A DNA stretch of 64,000 nt, taken from NCBI GenBank assembly GCA_951406725.2, contig OX597817.1, forward strand, positions 17,608,001 to 17,672,000, read 5' to 3'. Shown piece after piece: positions 50,737-63,071 of the stretch. A model generated the notes under the pieces. It did no database searches and had not been told where the DNA came from. It saw only the letters and a program-made list of their open reading frames with translations. The translations under genes and the position numbers were made by a program. The stretch is from Octopus vulgaris (taxonomy: Eukaryota). Positions within the stretch are counted from its first letter, which is position 1. Each line of letters opens with the position of its first letter.

Positions 50737-51143
50737 CATTATCATCATCGTTTAACGTCCGTTCTCCATGCTGGCATGGGTTGGATGGTTCGACCGGGGA
50801 TCTGGGAAGCCAGAAGGCTGCACCAGGCTCCAGTCTTATCTGGCAATGTTTTTACAGCTGGATGCCCTTCCTAACGCCAACCACTCCATGAGTGTAGTGG
50901 GTGCTTTTTACGTGCCACCCGCACAGGTGCCAGGTGAGGCTGGCAACGGCCACGGTCGGATTGGTGCATTTTACGTGCCACCGGCACGGAAGCCAGTCGA
51001 GCGGCGCTGGCATCGGCCACGATTCGGATGGTGCTTTTTACGTACCACCAGTCCAGGGGTCCTGGCATCTGCCGGGTGCCAGTCATAGGATTGGTTCAAT
51101 TTCGATTCCGATTTCGATTTTGATTTCACTTGCCCCAACATGT
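50737..51143 (-). mobile_element. RTE tail element with TSD, inserted in a pogo/Tigger-like MITE (about 50440-51400)
   Basis: TSD ATTAAAATAT at 50727-50736 and 51144-51153. Confidence 0.8.
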
Positions 51144-52842
51144 ATTAAAATATATTAAAAGAAAATGCTTAGTTTACCATAAATGAGTAAACAAAGAATC
51201 GCACATACTGTATGCAAAATGAAACTCGGGAGGCAGGTGTGTGGTGTTGTTTTGCATTTATAATTAAACAAATTTATACAAATTGTAAAAATGATAAAAA
51301 ATATACACAGTACAGTACTGTTTCTACTTTGCGGATTTTTGTCTATCGCAGGAGGTTTTGGTACATAACACCTGTGATAGTTGAGAGATTACTCTATACA
51401 CAAATTTTCATATGGTTTTATTACTCTTTGACACTTATCTTGCTTTACTTCTATAATTTTTCACACATTATTTCTCTAATTGATGCATCTTCAAAATCAT
51501 TGTAAAGTGTACACTATTTCTGTTTCGCATTCTCACCTGGAATCGATTTTTGTAATTTTTTCAAGACTTATATATGCCCTGATTCCATCAGTATCTACAT
51601 ATCAAATTTGAGTGCAATTGGACGGAGGATGCCCGAGATCCTAGAAGACACACACACAAACAGACAACAGATTTTATATAATGGACTGCCAGCCTCGTCT
51701 GGCACCTGTGTCGGTGGCACATAAAAAACACCATCCGAGCGTGGCCGTTCGCCAGCCTCGTCTGGCACCTGTGTTGGTGGCACATAAAATCACCCACTAC
51801 ACTCTCGGAGTGGTTGGCGTTAGGAAGGGCATCCAGCTGTAGAAACACTGCCAGATCTGACTGGCCTGGTGCAGCCTTCGGGTTCCCCAGACCCCAGTTG
51901 AACCGTCCAACCCATGCTAGCATGGAAAGCGGACGTTAAACGATGATGATGATGAGAGAGAGAGAGAGAGCAAGGAAGGGCGTAGGCATTGCTTTTGCAC
52001 ATTTACATATCAAACCATTTGTTAGTAACACATATTAATTAACTAAAGTACTGAGACACCATGCATATGAATAAGTTGTGAATAAACATGCATTTTGTCC
52101 AGCAGGGCAAATATCTATATCTTTGTGTGTGTGTGTCTTTATTGCAGTCCAGCACTCTTCCTCCCTTTCTCACTTCTGCCCTTCTTTATTGCTATCCATC
52201 ACTGCTAACAGACATCAACCAACCTCTCTGTCTCCCATCACACTTTCACTTCCATTATTCTGTCCCTCTTCTCCCCATCACACCACTCATGATATGTTTA
52301 TATTCAATATCTTTGCCAAGATGTAACTGCCTATCACTGTCTCTTTCCCTTTTCTACCCTCTCACACCTATTCCTCTGTCTCTCCTATCATACTTCATCA
52401 CCTTTTGGTCAGGTTGCCTTGAATGAACAGAGGCAACATAGAACAGTAAGGACCCTTTCCCACATGGGTGGGAGACAACCTCTTTAGTTCTAGTGTACAG
52501 TAAAATATACCCTGTACATTTTTGTTAAGTTGAAAATGAACAGAGACCACACCGGCTTGAGGCAGCTCTTCAGTCTAGTTGAGGACATAACACCTTATCT
52601 AGTGCTGATGCCATAATAAAACATACTCAATACACTCTGTAAAAGTTTGGTGATAGGAAGAGTATCCAGCTATAGAAACTATGCCAAATAGGAAACATAC
52701 CAGAGCAAGAGTTAACCCCAATAAGAACTGACTCTCACCATGATTCCCATCCAGTCTATACCTGCATAGACAGGTAATTAAATATTTTTTCCACTATTTG
52801 GTTTCTTCAATTCTCTGTAAAATTTTATTTTTTCTGTTGCAG

Positions 52843-52939
52843 ATGATGGCAGGAAATAATAAAGAAATTCCAACATTTGAAGAAGATAATGAGTCCAAGT
52901 TATTGCGGAAGATAAGAGAGGCTCCATTTATGCCTGTTG
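52843..52939 (+). CDS. HIGD1A: HIG1 domain family member 1-like, first coding exon (MMAGNNKEIPTFEEDNESKLLRKIREAPFMPV + first base of Gly)
   Basis: Polypyrimidine tract and TTGCAG acceptor at 52837-52842 directly before ATG; 97 nt ending G|GTTAGT (phase 1). The translation matches the HIGD1 N-terminal motif EEDxxSKLxRKxxEAPFxPVG. Absent from the ORF track. Confidence 0.93.
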
Positions 52940-53250
52940 GTTAGTTGTTATTTATTTTGTATTTTATATTAAGACTCAGATACATACAGCTCCACACACA
53001 GCCTGATATGGCCCTCATAAAGTTATAGGGCTAATGTTATTTAAGCATTCAGATTACTCTGTCAAATGTAATACATGGGACAAAGTAGTGAGAGATGATC
53101 TTCAGATATTGAGCCTCACAAAGGGGATGACAAGGGGTTGAGATCTCTGGTGATTTGCTGTGCTTGGGAAGACACAGAGCTAAGTAAAACTGTGGTTTCC
53201 CCTCTCTCAGCCAGGAGGTCTTTATCTTGCAAGATACATGGTGCCATGCA

Positions 53251-53493
53251 AAAAGCACCTGTGCTGGTTCCACATTAAAAGCATCTGTGCTGGTTCCACA
53301 TTAAAAGCATTTAAGCTGGTTCCTCATTAAAAGCACCTCGGCTGGTTCCACATTAAAAGCATCTGTACTGGTTCTGCATTAAAAGCACCTCTGCTGGTTT
53401 CACATTTAAAGCACTTGTGCTGGTTCTGCATTAAAAGCATCTGTCCTGGTTTCACATTAAAAGCATCTATGCTGGTGCCATGTAAAAGCACCC
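53251..53493 (+). repeat. 26-bp minisatellite, about 9 copies, inside an RTE 3' UTR in the HIGD1 intron
   Basis: Unit AAAAGCACCTGTGCTGGTTCCACATT at 53251, 53277, 53303 ... 53459, running into the RTE tail (to about 53635). Confidence 0.92.
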
Positions 53494-54528
53494 AATACAT
53501 TCTGTAAAGTGACTGGCATTAGGAAGCGCATTGAGCCATAGAACCATGCCAAAACAGACAAATGGAACCTAGTGTAACTCAGGCTTGCCAGTATAGAAAT
53601 TGAATGTTGAAAGATGATGATGATGAGATAATGATTTATTGGCATTGTTTTGAATTAACTATGCATTATCCTGTAGCTTCAAGATTTGAATCATCATCAT
53701 CATCATCATCATTTAGCGTCCGCTTTCCATGCTAGCATGGGTTGGATGGTTCAACTGGGGTCTGGGAAGCCAGAAGGCTGCGCCAGGCCCAGTCTGATCT
53801 GGCAGTGTTTCTACTGCTGGATGCCCTTCCTAACGCCAACCACTCCGTGAGTGTAGTGGGTGCTTTTTACATGCCACCGGCACAGGTGCCAGACGGGGCT
53901 GGCAAACGGCCACGGTCGGATGGTGCTTTTTACGTGCCAGTGATTGCATATTTTTAGAATAACATTGTACAGTATGTTTGAGAGGATGGGTCTAACCAAC
54001 TTGAACATAAAACAAGTAGATTATTTGGGCTGGGTATGGCTGGTTTAAATGCTTTTGAAGAGCTGACAATCAAATGTTAGGTAAATGAATATATATATAT
54101 ACATGGCATGAATAGGAAATGAGTTTGGTAACACTGTATTTCATGGTAATAAAGTTTGCACATATTATTTGGTTGGTGGTGAGTATTAGGAAATACAATA
54201 TTTCACAGGGTTCTTTTGATACTAATAATGCTTTTTGTTATTTGTCTTATTGTTATGGTATGCAGTTTCAATATATATGGAGGAGTTGATAATGGTTATG
54301 ACCAAATAATACCATACTACGCATACCAGTGGGTGCTGAAAAGTTCTTGGCTTTAAGGGTATTGCAAAAGGCCTAAAACTTCCAAGTTCTTCTACAGGAT
54401 TTAGAAAAACTGAAGGACCACTGCAATAAGTGTGTGAATCTGAGAGGTTAATATGTTGAATAAAATCATAATTAGCTGATCCTCCTGTATTTTCTTTTAC
54501 TCAAAGCCAGGAACGTTTCAGCACCCCT

Positions 54529-54941
54529 TTACTCTTTACTCTCTCTATTACTCTTTTACTTGTTTCAGTCATTTGACTGCGGCCATGCTGGAGCACCGCC
54601 TTTAATCGAGCAAATCGACCCCGGGACTTATTCTTTGTAAGCCCAGTACTTATTCTATCGGTCTCTTATTCTGAACCGCTAAGTGATGGGGACGTAAACA
54701 CACCAGCATCGGTTGTCAAGCAATGCTAGGGGGACAAACACACACACATACACATATATACATATATATACACATATACGACAGGCTTCTTTCAGTTTCC
54801 GTCTACCAAATCCACTCACAAGGCATTGGTCGGCCCGGGGCTATAGCAGAAGACACTTGCCCAAGATGCCACGCAGTGGGACTGAACCCGGAACCATGTG
54901 GTTGGTTAGCAAGCTACTTACCACACAGCCACTCCTGTGCC
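54529..54941 (-). mobile_element. SINE family A (intronic)
   Basis: Full-length match. Confidence 0.9.
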
Positions 54942-55499
54942 TATATTTAAAAGATTTTCAGTTTATACTCCCTAATAAAACTATGTAATGTAGGCATATT
55001 GCACAGCTTGTTTCAAGCAAACTAGTTTAAAATAATTATTACTTCCCATAACTGTTTCTAAAATAGGCTACTTTGAAGAATACTGTGCTCAGCAACATAT
55101 TCCGAAGGTGTTAGCTTACATCTGAAGGGACATTCTCAATAGCAATCTCAAAGACTAATTTAGAAAAATGATGATGATGATCATCATCATCGTTTAACGT
55201 CCGCTTTCCATGCTAGCATGGGTTGGACGGTTCAACTGGGGTCTGGGAAGCCAGAAGGCTGCACCAGGCCCAGTCTGATCTGGCAATGTTTCTACGGCTG
55301 GATGCCCTTCCTAACGCCAACCACTCCATGAGTGTAGTGGGTACTTTTTACATGCCACCGGCACAGGTGCTAGACGAGTCTGGCAAACGGCCACGATCGG
55401 ATGGTGCTTTTTATGTGCCCTGAAGTTATTTATTATTCCAGATTAATAAAATTGTTTGACTTGTTATAATGTTTCCTTTTTTTTTTGTTTTTTCCACAG

Positions 55500-55693
55500 G
55501 AATTGCTGGTTGTATAGGTGCTGTTGCATATGGAATTTATAATTACAAAAACCGTGGAAAAATGTCTACTTCAGTATACCTAATGCACTTGAGAGTGAAA
55601 GCCCAGGGAATGGTAGTTGGTGCTCTAACAATTGGTGTTGCTATTAACATCATGCAAAAGATCTGGAAAAAAAAGGGGGAAGAAGAAAAATGA
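55500..55693 (+). CDS. HIGD1A: HIG1 domain family member 1-like, last coding exon (GIAGCIGAVAYGIYNYKNRGKMSTSVYLMHLRVKAQGMVVGALTIGVAINIMQKIWKKKGEEEK*)
   Basis: Long T-tract and CACAG acceptor at 55495-55499, phase-compatible with the previous exon; two hydrophobic segments and the HIG1 signature SxxLMHLRVxAQGxVVG. Spliced protein is 96 aa. The first 10 aa of ORF 55469..55693 are intronic. Confidence 0.95.
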
Positions 55694-56800
55694 CTACTGC
55701 TGAATTTTAAGTTAATAAATTTTCTATTTATGTATTGTTAGTAGTTTCATAAAGAAAACTGTTTTAAAAAAAAGGTGTTCTTGTCCAAAAGCAATTAGTT
55801 GAGTCATTACTTGTTGTCCCATAAAACAATTTTTGTTTTGTCATTTCACATAAATGACATTTGTTAAAATTATAAATAGTACCAAAAACATTTATTTTAT
55901 TTTATTTCAATTTGACTATTAAAATTTTTTTTTATATGTTTCTTATCATTTTATTTATTTAACTCTATTATAAAAATTATATTTTAAATTTATTTATGAA
56001 CGCTAAAAGTCCAATTCCATAATGATGTAATTAATCTTGATTAGAGAAAATATAATTATTTGAAAGATATTTTCTTTTGAAGATTTATGAAATCGTTGCT
56101 GCTTTGTCAGATATTGAATCTTGAAATAAATATGGTTTGGAAGTGGTGAAAAGTTATATCAAATACACTGGTTCCAACAATCAAGGAAGGATTGTTTATC
56201 TACTAACTGAAGTGTCCTTCTCTGAAGCTTTTCCTGTTTGTGCCGCTATATATCATACATCCGTATGGTAAAAGCTATCATCTAATAGAAAATTGATTGT
56301 TTGGGAACATTGCAGACCAAACAATTAATACAAACCACCGTTTACTAAATCTTGCAGTGAAATGCACATATTCAGTCTATATCTGATTGAAGCTAATTCT
56401 ATTGGGGGGGGGGGGGATAAATTGCTCTGCCAAAATTGCTAGAGGGGGAAGAAAATATCAAACCTGTCCTTTCCTCATGTTTTAAAATTCACCATTACCC
56501 AAAGATATACATATGTAATATTTCGAGACAATCTTGTTTATAATATGAGGCTCTTAGAGAATTTATTTTTCTTGATATATTTCAACCAGTGGGATCTTCA
56601 GATGTACTTTTTACAAATTTCGAACACTGATCTTATTTTATATTTCAAATATATTTTTTGAAGTCCAATGTCTGACCAATCTCAGTTCTTACTCTGACAA
56701 ATAGTAAACTGTGTATTAAACATGAATTCTAAAGTTAATTGGTTTGTCGTTTTGATTATTTTTTCCATCGTCATTATTTCTCTCGTTAAAAGAAAATTGA
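55694..56800 (+). other. Probable AT-rich 3' UTR of the HIGD1-like gene
   Basis: TE-free, U-rich stretch after the stop; AATAAA near 55714 and 56125, ATTAAA near 56715 followed by a GT-rich tract. True end unknown. Confidence 0.5.
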
Positions 56801-57377
56801 GTTAATTGTCTAAAATGCAACATTAATTTTAATGGAGGGTGGAACAGATGTTAACTGAGAAAGGGGTACAACACTAAAGGTACATAGCTTATTCATTATC
56901 ATCACCATTAACCCTTTAGTATTTAAACCGGCCATATCCGGCCAAAATATTTAATCTGTTTTATGTTCAAACTGACCAGATCCAGGCTCTCACACCTACC
57001 CTACAATGTTATTCTACATTAAGTAATTACACCATCAAGATCTTGAAGATATGAGAAAATGCATGATTAATTCAAATCAATGGGAATCAATAAGCCTTAT
57101 GTTTGATAGAATAATCTGAACACTAAAGGGTTAAACATTCATGTTTCTTTGCCTGCATGGATCAGATAGAATTTGTTGAGGCAGATTTACTGCTGCCAGA
57201 TGCCTTTCCTGTTGCCAGCCTTTACCCATTTCCAAGCGAAGTAATATTTTCTTACAGCTAGACTTTTTTTTCACAGAAGATTGCTCATTTACAACCATGA
57301 CATGATGCCTAGACAAGAGAACATACACACACACACATATACACACACACACATATACACACGTGCATGCACACACA

Positions 57378-57576
57378 TACTCTTTTACTCTTTTACTTGT
57401 TTCAGTCATTTGACTGCGGCCATGCTGGAGCACTGCCTTTAGTCGAGCAAATCGACCCCGGGACTTATTCTTTGTAAGCCCAGTACTTATTCTATTAGTC
57501 TCTTTTGCCGAACCGCTAAGTGACGGGGACATAAACACACCAGCATCGGTTGACAAATACAGACACACAAACATAT

Positions 57577-57617
<41 letters not shown>

Positions 57618-57780
57618 CGACAGGTTTCTTTCAGTTTCCGTCTACCAAATCCACTCACAAGGCATTGGTCGGCCCGAGGCTATAGCAGAAGACACTTTCC
57701 CAAAGTGCCACGCAGTGGGACTGAACCCGGAACCATGTGGTTGGTAAGCAAGCTACTTACCACACAGCCACTCCTGCACC
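57378..57780 (-). mobile_element. SINE family A
   Basis: Near full-length match. Confidence 0.9.
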
Positions 57781-57914
57781 TATACATACAAAATATTTGT
57801 GAGGTTTTCTATAGTTTAAGCCGGATTCTTTAGCAATGACTACACAGTTAAAAAGCTTGCTTTGCCACCACATGGTCTTGAGTTCGGTACCATTGACAAC
57901 ACTTTGGGTAAGTG

Positions 57915-58410
57915 TGTAGCGAACCCAAGTGAACTTCCCTACTTATATTAAGCTTCCCTAGCCTTTGGGTGCTGTTTTGGACCCTGTTGTGTCTACCACT
58001 CCAATTGGTTGATATTGGCGCAATTTGTCTCATACTTTATCATGTGCCCATATGCAACACAACCTGCAAATAACTCATGTGAGACAGTCTGTTCTAAACA
58101 AGCATTTGCGCCACCCCATCAGCTATAAAAGTTCACCTCTTCCTAGGCTTGAGGTCAGTTGGTCCTAGACTTTCTAAAGTCTGATCACTGACAACATTGC
58201 AGCGACCTCCATCTTCGTCGCCACACTATTGATGTCTCTCATCAACATCGTCAATGTCTACACAGCACCAACACATGGCTCTGGTTCCTGCATCGCTGTT
58301 CGTGAGTGTCTCACCAGGGTTAACAGCTTACATACAACCATTGCAGATGCCTGTAAATATATATATATATATATATATATAAATGTACATCAACCACTTC
58401 CATTCAACGT
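57915..58410 (+). mobile_element. LTR-like segment inserted in a SINE-A head
   Basis: Starts TGTAGC exactly where a SINE head breaks (..GGGTAAGTG|); TATAAAAG near 58124; lies upstream of gag. Confidence 0.45.
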
Positions 58411-58416
58411 GTGTAT

Positions 58417-58633
58417 ACTTTTTACTCTCTTTTACTTGTTTCAGTCATTTGACTGCGGCCATGCTGGAGCACCACCTTTAGTCGAGCAAATCGACCCTGG
58501 GACTTATTCTTTGTAAGCCCAGTACTTATTCTATCGGTCTCTTTTGCCGAACCGCTAAGTGATGGGGGTGTAAACACACCAGCATCGGTTGTCAAGCAAT
58601 GCTAGGGAGACAAACACAGACACACAAACACAT

Positions 58634-58679
<46 letters not shown>

Positions 58680-58838
58680 GACAGGCTTCTTTCAGTTTCC
58701 GTCTACCAAATCCACTCACAAGGCATTGGTCAGCCCGGGGCTATAACAGAAGACACTTGCCCAAGATGCCACACTGTGGGACTGAACCCGGAACCATGTG
58801 GTTGGTTAGCAAGCTACTTACCACACAGCCACTCCTGT
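58417..58838 (-). mobile_element. SINE family A
   Basis: Near full-length match. Confidence 0.9.
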
Positions 58839-59138
58839 GTTGTGTAAATTTTATGAAAAAATCGTAAAAATTATGGAAATTTGTTGGCTGCTTCGCTTGA
58901 GTTGCAAAAACAGCAACTGCAAGAACAACAACTGAAGCAATAACAACTGAAAGAACAGCAACAGGGGCAGATGCAACTGCAAAAGCAATAACATAAGCAA
59001 CAAATTGCATTGCAGCAATAGATACTGCAATTACTGAAGTTGTCAGGAAAGTCAGAAAAAGTTTTCTCAACAGACTATGTCACGAGTTCCAAACAGAGTT
59101 CAAATATGAACCTGATGAAGAAGCTACCTTCGAAGCAT

Positions 59139-59936
59139 CATCCATCATCCTATTCAGGTATCGCGCTATGCAATGCTGTGGTCATCGCAATGTCTTGCCA
59201 CCTTCTCCTGTCCTCTACCCCATGGACAGCTGAGAATAATAATAATAATGAAATTATTGTATACAGTGCTCAGGTGCACCACAACTTGTCAGAAAGTGCA
59301 TATAGAGTATATGCAGTAATGTAAAAATGTCTGGAAAGCGAACAATGCATGAGTCAGATATATGCTTGTGTGTGTATGGAGGGGAGGAAATCAGGTGTAG
59401 TGTTGGCGAATCTCAGAAAGCATGGAAGTTTTGAAGGATGCAGTGCTCCGACAACTAACAACTGATGCCGGCAGTTTGTTCCATGCTTCAGCAACTCTTA
59501 GCGTGAAAAAATGTTTCCTGAAGTCATGGGAGCTGTGCTGTTTTCTGACTTTGTAAATAAAGACAATCCCGTGGCTGCAATGTCTTTCAGCCAAGAAGTG
59601 GGTGGTCTGCCTCTTTTACGTCTGCTGTTCACCTTACCAGTTATGATCGTTCGCTCAAGTCCATCCCAGCGCATGACGTGGCCAAAGAACCATAGCTTCC
59701 ACTTCATGATGTTTCGCCAAAGCGTCATCACGCAACCGAGCTTTTCTAGTACCCAGTTGTTCGTCCCATTCTCCGTCCACGACACTCTAAGGATTTTGTA
59801 GTAACACCACACTTCAAAAGCGCTCTTTTCTCATCTGCCTTCAACATTGTCCACGACTCACAGCTATACGTCGCAATAGAGAAAGTGGTAGCCTAAAGTA
59901 GCCTTATCTTCAGCAGCATTGACACGCCATGACTCG
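59139..59936 (-). mobile_element. RTE LINE 3' fragment inserted in gag
   Basis: FFGHVMR...GKVNSRRKRGRP; TSD TCGAAGCAT at 59130-59138 and 59937-59945. Confidence 0.88.
59235..59560 (-). mobile_element. CR1/L2-type LINE 3' end nested inside the RTE fragment
   Basis: RKHFFTLRVAEAWNKLPASVV...FK motif and (TTA)n tail. Confidence 0.85.
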
Positions 59937-60107
59937 TCGAAGCATACCACATAAGATATGAGCAAATCTTCAAGAAAGAATGTAAAAATTGGGATGACAA
60001 AATGGTAACGTGCTTAATCTTCAGAAAACTGGTGGCAACAGAACAGGAATGATACAGTAATTATGTACTCCCAAGAAAACCTTTGAACATAAATTTTAAT
60101 GACACAA

Positions 60108-60517
60108 TACTCTTTTACTCTTTTACTTGTTTCAGTCATTTGACTGCGGCCATGCTGGAGCACCGCCTTTAGTCGAGCAAATCGACCCTGGGACTTATTC
60201 TTTGTAAGCCCAGTACTTATTCTATCGGTCTCTTTTGCCGAACCGCTAAGGGACGGGGACGTAAACACACCAGCATCGGTTGTCAAGCAATGCTAGGGAG
60301 ACAAACACAGACACACAAACACACACATACATATATATATATATACATATATACGACAGGCTTCTTCTCAGTTTCCGTCTACCAAATCCACTTACAAGGC
60401 ATTGGTCGGCCCGGGGCTATAGCAGAAGACACTTGCCCAAGGTGCCACGCAGTGGGACTGAACCCGGAACCATGTGGTTGGTTAGCAAGCTACTTACCAC
60501 ACAGCCACTCCTGCGCC
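60108..60517 (-). mobile_element. SINE family A in gag
   Basis: Full-length match. Confidence 0.9.
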
Positions 60518-61017
60518 TATATATATATTGTGTAAAATTTTCACTGAAAAAAGCTTATTGTTTAATATGGTGGAAATGTCTGAACATAGAGAAAAATAAC
60601 GCCAAGAACTCTTTCATATATGCTGGTAGAGTAAACAGGGAATGCGAGAAGTTTAAGCTGGATGAATTAATGCCAGATATGTTCAAATGCCTGATTTTTA
60701 CACAGGGACTTACTGCCGAAAAGGATGTAGAAGTTAGAACTAGAATTCTTACAAAGCTGGAACAAAACCAGGATGTAACTCTACAGCAAGTGTCAGAAGA
60801 ATGTGAAATGAGAGTTGAATTAAGAGAGGACACAGGAAATTGAACATAAAGATTGTTTCCAAGTAAAGCAAGTGTCAAGTAGGCAGAATAGAGATAAAGT
60901 GTTTTCTAAAAAAACATGACAAGAATCAAGAAATAAACCCATGTTTTGCATGTGGAGGTATACACCTGAGGAAAATCTGTCCATTTAAGAAAGCAGAGTA
61001 CTTTCATTGTAATATCA

Positions 61018-61184
61018 GGCGCAGGAGTGGCTGTGTGGTAAGTAGCTTGCTAACCAGCCACATGGTTCCGGGTTCAGTCCCACTGCGTGGCATCTTGGGC
61101 AAGTGTCTTCTGCTATAGCCCCGGGCCGATCAATGCCTTGTGAGTGGATTTGGTGGATGGAAACTGAAAGAAGCCTGTCATATG

Positions 61185-61229
<45 letters not shown>

Positions 61230-61441
61230 TTGTGTGTCTGTGTTTGTCTCCCTAGCATTGCTTGAAAACCGATGCTGGTGTGTTTACGTCCCCGTAACTT
61301 AGCGGTTCGGCAAAGAGACCGATAGAATAAGTACTGGGCTTACAAAGAATAAGTCCCAGGGTCGATTTGCTCGACTAAAAGGCGGTGCTCCAGCATGGCC
61401 GCAGTCAAATGACTGAAACAAGCAAAAGAGAGTAAAGAGAG
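61018..61441 (+). mobile_element. SINE family A in gag
   Basis: Full-length match. Confidence 0.9.
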
Positions 61442-61789
61442 ATATAAAGACGCATTATAGAATGAAGATGACAGAACATCAGAGGAAAGGAAAAAGAATA
61501 AATAGTATGTCATTGAAAGAAACTGGTGATATAACGATGAGGAAATTCATGAAGGTAAAAATCAGTAATACAAGTGTTAAGATGTAGCTGGATACTGGTA
61601 GTGATATCACCATTATAAATGAAAAAACGTGGAAATGTGTTGGTAAGCCAAAACTGATTAAATTGAAAAAGTAGCACATGGTGTTACAGGAAAAGATTAT
61701 AGTTTTTCAGTGAATCCGTATGTAATGTAACATTTCAAGGTCAAACGAAAAAGGCAAAGGTATATGTGTTAAAAAAGTTCACAAACTAT

Positions 61790-62413
61790 ATGGTTCCAGG
61801 TTCAGTCCCATTGCGTGGCACCTTGGGCAAGTGTCTTCTACTATAACGGGAAGCTTTGACGAAGGCAGGTGGAATACAAACAAACAATTGTATTAGTATG
61901 GCGCTCAGGAATATAAATAAAACAAGTCTTTTACGTTTCGAGCCTACGCTCTTCAACAGAAAGAAACACAGAAAGAAACAAGGAGAGAAAAAAATGCGTG
62001 CAGAGGCTAGCGAATCAACATGGAGATCTGATTTAGGCCAGAAGTCAAAGATCAAACATGTGACACAAGAGCGAAATTAGGGGAGATAATAGCGTTAAAT
62101 GACCTCGCCCTACCGACCAAAGCCTTGTGAGTGGATTTGGTAGCCGGAAACTGAAAGAAGCCCGTCGATTATGATGATGATGATGATGATATATATATAT
62201 GTTTGTGTGTCTGTGTTTGTCCCCACCAACATCGCTTGACAACCGATGCTGGTGTGTTTACGTCCCTGTAACTTAGCGGTTCAGCAAAAAGAGACCGATA
62301 GAATAAGTACTAGGCTTACAAAGAATAAGTCCTGGGGTTGATTTGCTCAACTAAAAGGTGGTGCTCCAGCATAGCCACAGTCAAATAACTGAAACAAGTA
62401 AAAGAGTAAAGAG
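61790..62413 (+). mobile_element. SINE family A interrupted by a Penelope-like fragment (about 61847-62110, minus strand)
   Basis: SINE breaks at CTTCTACTATA and resumes at CCGACCAAAGCC; the insert is the reverse complement of the 40229-40422 family. Confidence 0.85.
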
Positions 62414-63071
62414 TTAATTTATTCAGCACAGAGTGGATGGGTCTATTCAAAGTATGGAATACAGCCATAAGTGTTTTGTGTGGAAATATAATCAGTTCAG
62501 TCGAAGGTTCAAATGTGGCTGAGAGACTGAAACAAAAAATTGCAGTAAAAGAAAGTGGAACACCTGTATATAAGCCAAAATGAAATGAAAAATTGCCCAT
62601 GATAAAAACTAAACATTGTTCAAAAATATATGTTCAAGACTACACATAGATTTTGCTGGTCCTTTAACCCTTTAATGTTTAAATGGCCAAATCTGGCCCA
62701 ATATATTCTACATATTTTATATTCAAACTGGCCAGATCCAGCCTCTCACACCTAACCTACATTGACAGTCTAAAAATAAACAATCACATCATTGAAACCT
62801 CAAATGATTAATTCAAAACAATTTAAATAAAAAAGCATTACATTTAACAGAGAGTTCTTACTACTTAGTGGTAGATGATAGTTTCTTGAAATGGCCAGGA
62901 ATTTGTAAGTGTAAAAAATCCAACCTCCTCAACAGCGATAAATTTTTTACATGTTTGCAAGATTTGGCATCACAGATAAGATAGTGTCTGACAATGGAAT
63001 GCAATTTGTGTCTAGTGAATTTAAAATGTTTTGTGAAATGTTTGTGGTAGAACATGTAACTACTGTACCAT

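Noticed and set aside
51500-51685. Possible Helitron 5' end on the minus strand
   Set aside because: Only generic TATATAAAA/GTCTGT resemblance; no matching 3' end identified.
53251-53493. CRISPR-like array
   Set aside because: Head-to-tail 26-bp units without unique spacers, eukaryotic context, no cas genes.
55469-55499. ATG at 55469 as the HIGD1 start
   Set aside because: Lies in the polypyrimidine tract; the conserved N-terminus is encoded by the 52843-52939 exon.
58741-59070. Hydrophobic signal-peptide-like ORF
   Set aside because: Antisense reading of the Gln-rich (CAA/CAG) gag N-terminus.
60280-60843. 187-aa ORF as a novel gene
   Set aside because: Antisense SINE-A read-through fused to a Gypsy gag remnant.
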